From an uncultured Candidatus Saccharibacteria bacterium (lineage in GTDB: Bacteria; Patescibacteriota; Dojkabacteria; SC72), in contig CAYOME010000003.1 of the NCBI GenBank assembly GCA_964405015.1, forward strand, positions 11,359 to 75,358: a stretch of DNA of 64,000 bases. The letters are read 5' to 3'. This document shows, piece by piece, positions 59,098-64,000 of the stretch. Each line of letters starts with the position of its first letter. Positions within the stretch are counted from its first letter, which is position 1. A program made the translations under genes and the position numbers. The notes below the pieces were generated by a model. It worked only from the letters and a program-made list of their open reading frames with translations. It did no database searches and was not told where the DNA came from.

Positions 59098-59222
59098 AGG
59101 ACAATTATTTATAGGTTATAAATTACATGCATGCACGCCAGGGGTATGTAAAACCATTCTAGAAATGGTCACCAATATTGAAAATAACCCCATATTTAAA
59201 AGCAAAATTAGTAACTCTGGGG

Positions 59223-59251
59223 AGTTTAGCATATTTGTGTAATATAGTCAA
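59223..59251 (-). promoter_or_regulatory. rpoBC promoter
   Basis: TTGACT (59251-59246), 17-bp spacer, TGc-TAAACT (59228-59223). Confidence 0.75.
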
Positions 59252-59310
59252 AGGATTTTTGGCACTTTGCATTGTTAGTATACTAAGGATAATATATTAC
59301 TGGAAAAACT

Positions 59311-59339
59311 TTGTCAAAAAAGATATATTCCACTATTAT
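59311..59339 (+). promoter_or_regulatory. ftsK promoter
   Basis: TTGTCA, 17-bp spacer, TATTAT. Confidence 0.6.
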
Positions 59340-59363
59340 ATATATATCTAACCATTCACTAAA

Positions 59364-61568
59364 ATGCCCCGCAAAAAGAAGAGAAAAGAAATAAATATTA
59401 AAAGTTCTGAAACAAAGATATTCTTTGGTCTAATACTTTTTGTATTCGGTATTGCACTTTTAATAACTCCAATTGTTGGAGAACAAGCAGAAATATTTGT
59501 ATATGTATCCCAAACTTTAGGATGGCCAGCCCTTGTATGGGGTCTCGCTACTATATATATATCCCTAAATTTGCTTACCCAAGGTAAGAGTTGTAAACAA
59601 TGGTCAAAATTCATAGGAATAGCACTGCTAGCACTTTCACTTAATACTCTTTTTACTTTCTGGTTACCTCAGGAGATATTACAAAACACTCAAGAGCTTG
59701 GACAAGCTGGAGGAACACTAGGTAAAGCAGTTCATTTAGCAATAAATGGCGCTGTAGGAGACATACTAGAGTTAGTAATACTTTTAATAGTATTAATCGT
59801 TGCCTTCTCCTTTATCACTGGTGTTAAACTTGAAGAAATTACAGCATTCCTACACCAAACGTTTAGTAATATTAAATTCGGAGATATCTCTGAGAAGTTA
59901 AACGACAAAGGAACAGGGAAATTAGTAATCAGTGGACTTGAGCAGGAAAATGACCAACTTACACTAGATAATAGAGTAACTCCAGAAGCCCAGTTAATAA
60001 CAAACGAAGACGAAGATTTGCCAAATATCTCATCAAAGGAACCTAGAACATTTTCTACGCCAACCATAGTTAATAACACAGAAAATAATACTTCAACTAC
60101 ACCAGCAGAGCCAAAATATACAAACTGGATATACCCAAAGATCGATAATCTTCAAGAACCCCAAAAAGCTAATCAAGATCAGAGTGCATATAGAAGTGAT
60201 TCTTTGGTAATAGAAAGAGTTTTGAAAAATTTTGGTATAGCAGCAAAGGCTGTAAAGATTGAAATTGGACCTACAGTAGTAAGATATGCTCTTTCAGTTG
60301 CTGCAGATACAAGAGTAACAAAGATTAGAAGCTTAGAAGACAACCTTGCAGTATCCCTAATGATCAACAAAGAATTGATTAGAATAGAGACTCCAATTCC
60401 TGGGACATCATTTGTAGGTATTGAAATACCAAACAAGACACCAAACTTTGTATATGCAAAGGAAATGGCGAAGAAGCTACTTGCACAACCAGATAAATAT
60501 GAATTACCAATGATCCTTGGAAAGGATATTGCAGGACAAACAGTAATAAAAGATCTTGTAAACATTCCACACTTACTTGTAGCAGGTGCTACAAACACAG
60601 GTAAATCTGTAGGTATTAATGCAATACTTGCTGGATTACTCCTAACCAAAACACCTGATGAACTAAAATTAATCATGGTAGATCCTAAGAGAGTCGAAAT
60701 GACACCATACAATGGTATACCTCATCTCCTAACACCAATCATTACAGATATGGAATTGGTTGTTAATGCCCTTAATTACTCCATAGATGAAATGATGAGA
60801 AGATATAGAATGCTTGAACAACTAAAAGTCAGAAAAATTACAGAATATAATACAAAAATGGGATTCACAGCGATGCCATACTTAGTAATTGTAGTTGATG
60901 AGATGGCAGATTTAATGCTTGTCGCGGGTAAAGAAGTAGAGCCAAAGATTCAAAGATTAGCACAAATGGGAAGAGCTGTAGGTGTGCACTTAATACTTGC
61001 TACACAAAAACCAATAGTCGAAGTTATCACTGGATTAATAAAATCTAATATCCCAGGTAGAATGGCATTCGCAGTTACTTCCTCTATGGACTCAAGAGTC
61101 ATCTTAGATCAAACGGGCGCAGAGAATTTACTAGGTAAGGGAGATATGCTCTTTAAAGACCAAACAATGCCAAAATCGATAAGAATACAGGGTACTTTCA
61201 TTTCTACGGAAGACACTGAAGATATAATTCAACAAGTAAAAGCCCAGGTAAATCCTGAAGAGAATGTTTACTCTGAAGAACTTAACCAAGCATTAGAGAA
61301 AGGAGCATCTGGAACAGCTATTGGATCCAGCGGGGAAAGAGAACCAGAATTTGAAGCTGCACTCAGAGTAGTAATTGCTGAAGAAAAAGCTTCTGCGTCT
61401 CTTCTACAGAGAAGATTAAAAGTAGGATACAACAAAGCTTCAAGATTAATAGAGCAATTAGAAGAAACTGGAGCTATTGGACCACAACAGGGAGGGAGTT
61501 CTAAACCAAGAGAGGTATTAGTATCTTCTGTAGAAGAAATACTTGGAGGTCCAACACAAGACAACTAG
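59364..61568 (+). CDS. ftsK: DNA translocase FtsK/SpoIIIE
   Basis: N-terminal TMs; PHLLVAGATNTGKS, VDEMADLM and gamma-domain ASASLLQRRLKVGYNKA motifs. Confidence 0.97.
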   Translation: MPRKKKRKEINIKSSETKIFFGLILFVFGIALLITPIVGEQAEIFVYVSQTLGWPALVWGLATIYISLNLLTQGKSCKQWSKFIGIALLALSLNTLFTFWLPQEILQNTQELGQAGGTLGKAVHLAINGAVGDILELVILLIVLIVAFSFITGVKLEEITAFLHQTFSNIKFGDISEKLNDKGTGKLVISGLEQENDQLTLDNRVTPEAQLITNEDEDLPNISSKEPRTFSTPTIVNNTENNTSTTPAEPKYTNWIYPKIDNLQEPQKANQDQSAYRSDSLVIERVLKNFGIAAKAVKIEIGPTVVRYALSVAADTRVTKIRSLEDNLAVSLMINKELIRIETPIPGTSFVGIEIPNKTPNFVYAKEMAKKLLAQPDKYELPMILGKDIAGQTVIKDLVNIPHLLVAGATNTGKSVGINAILAGLLLTKTPDELKLIMVDPKRVEMTPYNGIPHLLTPIITDMELVVNALNYSIDEMMRRYRMLEQLKVRKITEYNTKMGFTAMPYLVIVVDEMADLMLVAGKEVEPKIQRLAQMGRAVGVHLILATQKPIVEVITGLIKSNIPGRMAFAVTSSMDSRVILDQTGAENLLGKGDMLFKDQTMPKSIRIQGTFISTEDTEDIIQQVKAQVNPEENVYSEELNQALEKGASGTAIGSSGEREPEFEAALRVVIAEEKASASLLQRRLKVGYNKASRLIEQLEETGAIGPQQGGSSKPREVLVSSVEEILGGPTQDN

Positions 61569-61590
61569 AGTTTGATATACTCTCCTAGAT

Positions 61591-62532
61591 ATGATAACCG
61601 CAGGAGAAATTCTAAAACAGAAGAGAGAATCTTTGGACAAAGATATTAAGACAGTATCGCTAGATACAAAGATTCAAAAAAGATTCATTGAATACATTGA
61701 AAACAATGAGTATGACAAATTTGATTCTGAAGTTTTCGCCTCTGGCTTTATCAAAATATATTCCAAATATTTAGGGTTGGATGTAGAGAAAATATTAGCA
61801 ATATATAGAAGGAGTAACCTCAAAGAGAAGGATACTAAAAAAGAAATTAGAAAAAATACACCCCAAAAGAGTAAAAGCTTTAAAATACATATAACTCCTC
61901 AATTAATCGCTATAATTGCCTCTGTACTCTTTCTTCTTTTAATAATTGGATACATTGGATATCAAATATACAAATTTCAAACACCTCCTAAGCTTTCTGT
62001 CTTGCAGCCACAGGAAGAACAAACATATGATGTTGATTTACTGACAGTAAAAGGTAGTACAGAGAGCAATACCACCGTTATGATAAATGGAGAACAGGTG
62101 AATATCGATGATATAGGATATTTTGAAAAGGAGATTACCCTTAAAGAAGGAATTAATACTGTTAATATCTCTGTAAGAAAGAATTCCAACTCTCAATTAG
62201 AAACAAGCAAAAATATCAAGGTAATATACAAACCACAGGAAGAGGAAGTCGCACAACCAGAACCTACAACTTTTAAAGCTAAGCTCAATATTCTTCAGAC
62301 CTCATCTTGGGTAAAGCTTGATATCGATGGAGAAAACAAAATCTCACAAATACTCCAACCAAATACACAGCAGGAATTTACCATTAACAACGAACTAACA
62401 TTAGTTACTGGCAAAATACAAAATACCCAGCTATATATTAACGATCAGTTAATAGAAATAACCTCAAAACAAAATACTGGTGTAGGACAAGTAACCTGTA
62501 AAATTACTCAAGAAACCTTTAATTGCGAATAA
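61591..62532 (+). CDS. rodZ: RodZ-like protein (HTH, TM, Ig-like and C-terminal beta domains)
   Basis: AGEILKQKRE...GFIKIYSKYLGLD; TM; SWVKLDIDG C-terminal motif; follows ftsK. Confidence 0.8.
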   Translation: MITAGEILKQKRESLDKDIKTVSLDTKIQKRFIEYIENNEYDKFDSEVFASGFIKIYSKYLGLDVEKILAIYRRSNLKEKDTKKEIRKNTPQKSKSFKIHITPQLIAIIASVLFLLLIIGYIGYQIYKFQTPPKLSVLQPQEEQTYDVDLLTVKGSTESNTTVMINGEQVNIDDIGYFEKEITLKEGINTVNISVRKNSNSQLETSKNIKVIYKPQEEEVAQPEPTTFKAKLNILQTSSWVKLDIDGENKISQILQPNTQQEFTINNELTLVTGKIQNTQLYINDQLIEITSKQNTGVGQVTCKITQETFNCE

Positions 62533-62560
62533 AAGTACTAAAAACTGGTATAATTCGCAT

Positions 62561-64000
62561 ATGGATAATAACAGAGATCAAATAGAGGAAATACGAAGCC
62601 GTATAGATATCGTAGATATAATAAATAGATATGTTCAATTAACACAGGCGGGTAAAAACTTCAAAGGAGTATGCCCATTTCACACAGAAAAGACACCATC
62701 ATTTATTGTAAGCCCTGAATTACAAAGATATAAATGTTTTGGATGTGGAGCCTCTGGAGATATTTTTAACTTTGTACAAAATATTGAACATATTGATTTC
62801 CCAGAGACATTAGAGAAATTAGCAAAAGAAGCTGGAGTAATCATTACAAAAAGAAATGAGAACAGTACATATTCAAGATTAGAAGAAATTAACAAACTCG
62901 CAGCAATATACTTCTACAAAGCCCTTCATGACCCATCCAATTCACAAGCTCTTAAGTACGTAAAAGATAGAGGATTTACAGATGAAAGTATTAAATCTTT
63001 TGGTATAGGATATGCACCAAGATATAGTAAATTACTAGATTACATACAACAGAAGAAAAAATTCTCAAAAGACGAACTACTTCGTTCAGGCCTATTTGTA
63101 GAAAAAGAAGGGAAGTTAAGAAACAAGTTCATAATGAGAGTAATGTTCCCAATAAGATCAAGCTCAGGAAAAGTTATCGCCTTTACAGGAAGGATACTCC
63201 CTGGAAATGATTTCGGTCCTAAATACATGAATTCACCAGAAACAGAAATATATCACAAAAAAGAGAATTTCTATGGACAATACGAGTCAAGACAAGAAAT
63301 CAGAAAAGTAGATCTTGTAATAATTTGCGAAGGAACTACAGATGTAATATCTGCCCACCAATTAGGCATCAAAAACATAGTAGCCCCACTTGGAACTGCC
63401 ATTACCAAAGAACAATTAGAGAAGATATCCAAATTAACAAAAAACATACTCTTTCTTTTTGATAGTGATACTGCAGGACAACAAGCTTTAGAAAGAGGCT
63501 TCCTTTTAGCACAAACTCTCCAACTAAATAGCTATGCTGCAAATACTACTCCTTACAAGGATATTGATGAAATCATTACAAAAGAACCTGAAGAGTTAAA
63601 AAAGAGAATCAAAAAAAAGATGGATTGCTTCACATATATGCTAGTTCACCATCTTGAAGGAAAAGACCTTTCCAAGATGGAAGTATATACTGAAATTGCT
63701 AATTGGATAAATGGAAAAATTGAAAATGAAAAGCGCGACATTTATTTTAACTTCTACGTGAAAAAAGCCTATCAAATAGCCAAAATTAACATACTCCCAT
63801 TGAGACATTTAAGAGAAAAAAGTCCAGAAATTCTTTCTTCAAAATTAGAAGCAAACTCACACAACAGTAAGGAAAGAATATATCTTCAAAATTTGCTATT
63901 TCTAAATGATATCAAAATACCTAAAAACCACTCATTAGAATACTTCGAGGATCCTAATATCCTACCAATACTTAAATACATACAAGAGAACCCATCTACA
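62561..64000 (+). CDS. dnaG: DNA primase, 3' end beyond the window
   Basis: Not in the ORF track. Reading from ATG 62561 gives CPFHTEKTPSF...KCFGCG (CHC2 zinc finger), KYMNSPET, CEGTTDV and FDSDTAG (Toprim). TGgTATAAT lies 6 nt upstream. Confidence 0.96.
   Translation, partial: MDNNRDQIEEIRSRIDIVDIINRYVQLTQAGKNFKGVCPFHTEKTPSFIVSPELQRYKCFGCGASGDIFNFVQNIEHIDFPETLEKLAKEAGVIITKRNENSTYSRLEEINKLAAIYFYKALHDPSNSQALKYVKDRGFTDESIKSFGIGYAPRYSKLLDYIQQKKKFSKDELLRSGLFVEKEGKLRNKFIMRVMFPIRSSSGKVIAFTGRILPGNDFGPKYMNSPETEIYHKKENFYGQYESRQEIRKVDLVIICEGTTDVISAHQLGIKNIVAPLGTAITKEQLEKISKLTKNILFLFDSDTAGQQALERGFLLAQTLQLNSYAANTTPYKDIDEIITKEPEELKKRIKKKMDCFTYMLVHHLEGKDLSKMEVYTEIANWINGKIENEKRDIYFNFYVKKAYQIAKINILPLRHLREKSPEILSSKLEANSHNSKERIYLQNLLFLNDIKIPKNHSLEYFEDPNILPILKYIQENPST

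Noticed and set aside
59259-59286. CIRCE-like TTGGCACTT...TACTAA and a TTAGTATACTAA palindrome between rpoB and ftsK
   Set aside because: Spacing is 10 rather than 9, the right arm is poor, and AT-rich palindromes are expected by chance.
470-63228. Many short antisense or alternate-frame ORFs in the track (e.g. 470-811, 4493-4978, 47788-48195, 60179-60712)
   Set aside because: They are shadows of well-supported genes, Ser/Phe/Ile-rich as expected from the reverse complement of purine-rich codons.

Overview
AT-rich, gene-dense chromosomal region of a reduced-genome bacterium using genetic code 11. Several traits point to a CPR/Patescibacteria lineage, Dojkabacteria- or Microgenomates-like (inference): short IF2, AlaRS and HrcA, no rimP/rbfA/truB beside nusA-infB, an orphan solute-binding protein, a sortase and a chromosomal PrgI/VirB4 module. 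Core genes: rpsO (5' end), infB, nusA, dnaJ, alaS-yqgF-mltG-LCP-holA, rpsT, lepA-recF, folD-glyA-thyX-dcd-sufS, groES/EL, murJ, hrcA-grpE-dnaK, rplY, rpoBC-rpsLG, ftsK-rodZ and dnaG (partial). No rRNA, tRNA, CRISPR array, integrase or transposase was seen. Most notable observations: (1) two tandem membrane-anchored paralogs with diverged cores, bracketed by a 101-bp and a 37-bp near-perfect direct repeat, resembling exchangeable cassettes; (2) a sortase, an IPKTG substrate and two N-anchored proteins sharing an LKExxVxGVN motif; (3) a stand-alone Lon AAA module without protease domain or pore-loop aromatic; (4) an HExxH metalloprotease next to an XRE regulator with a catalytically dead LexA/S24-like domain; (5) a domesticated PrgI-VirB4 operon; (6) pervasive leaderless-type promoters; (7) three CIRCE sites and a nusA leader attenuator; (8) a highly diverged RpoB rifampicin pocket and an RpsL K87R-type residue. 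Annotations come from motif recognition by eye, with no database searches.
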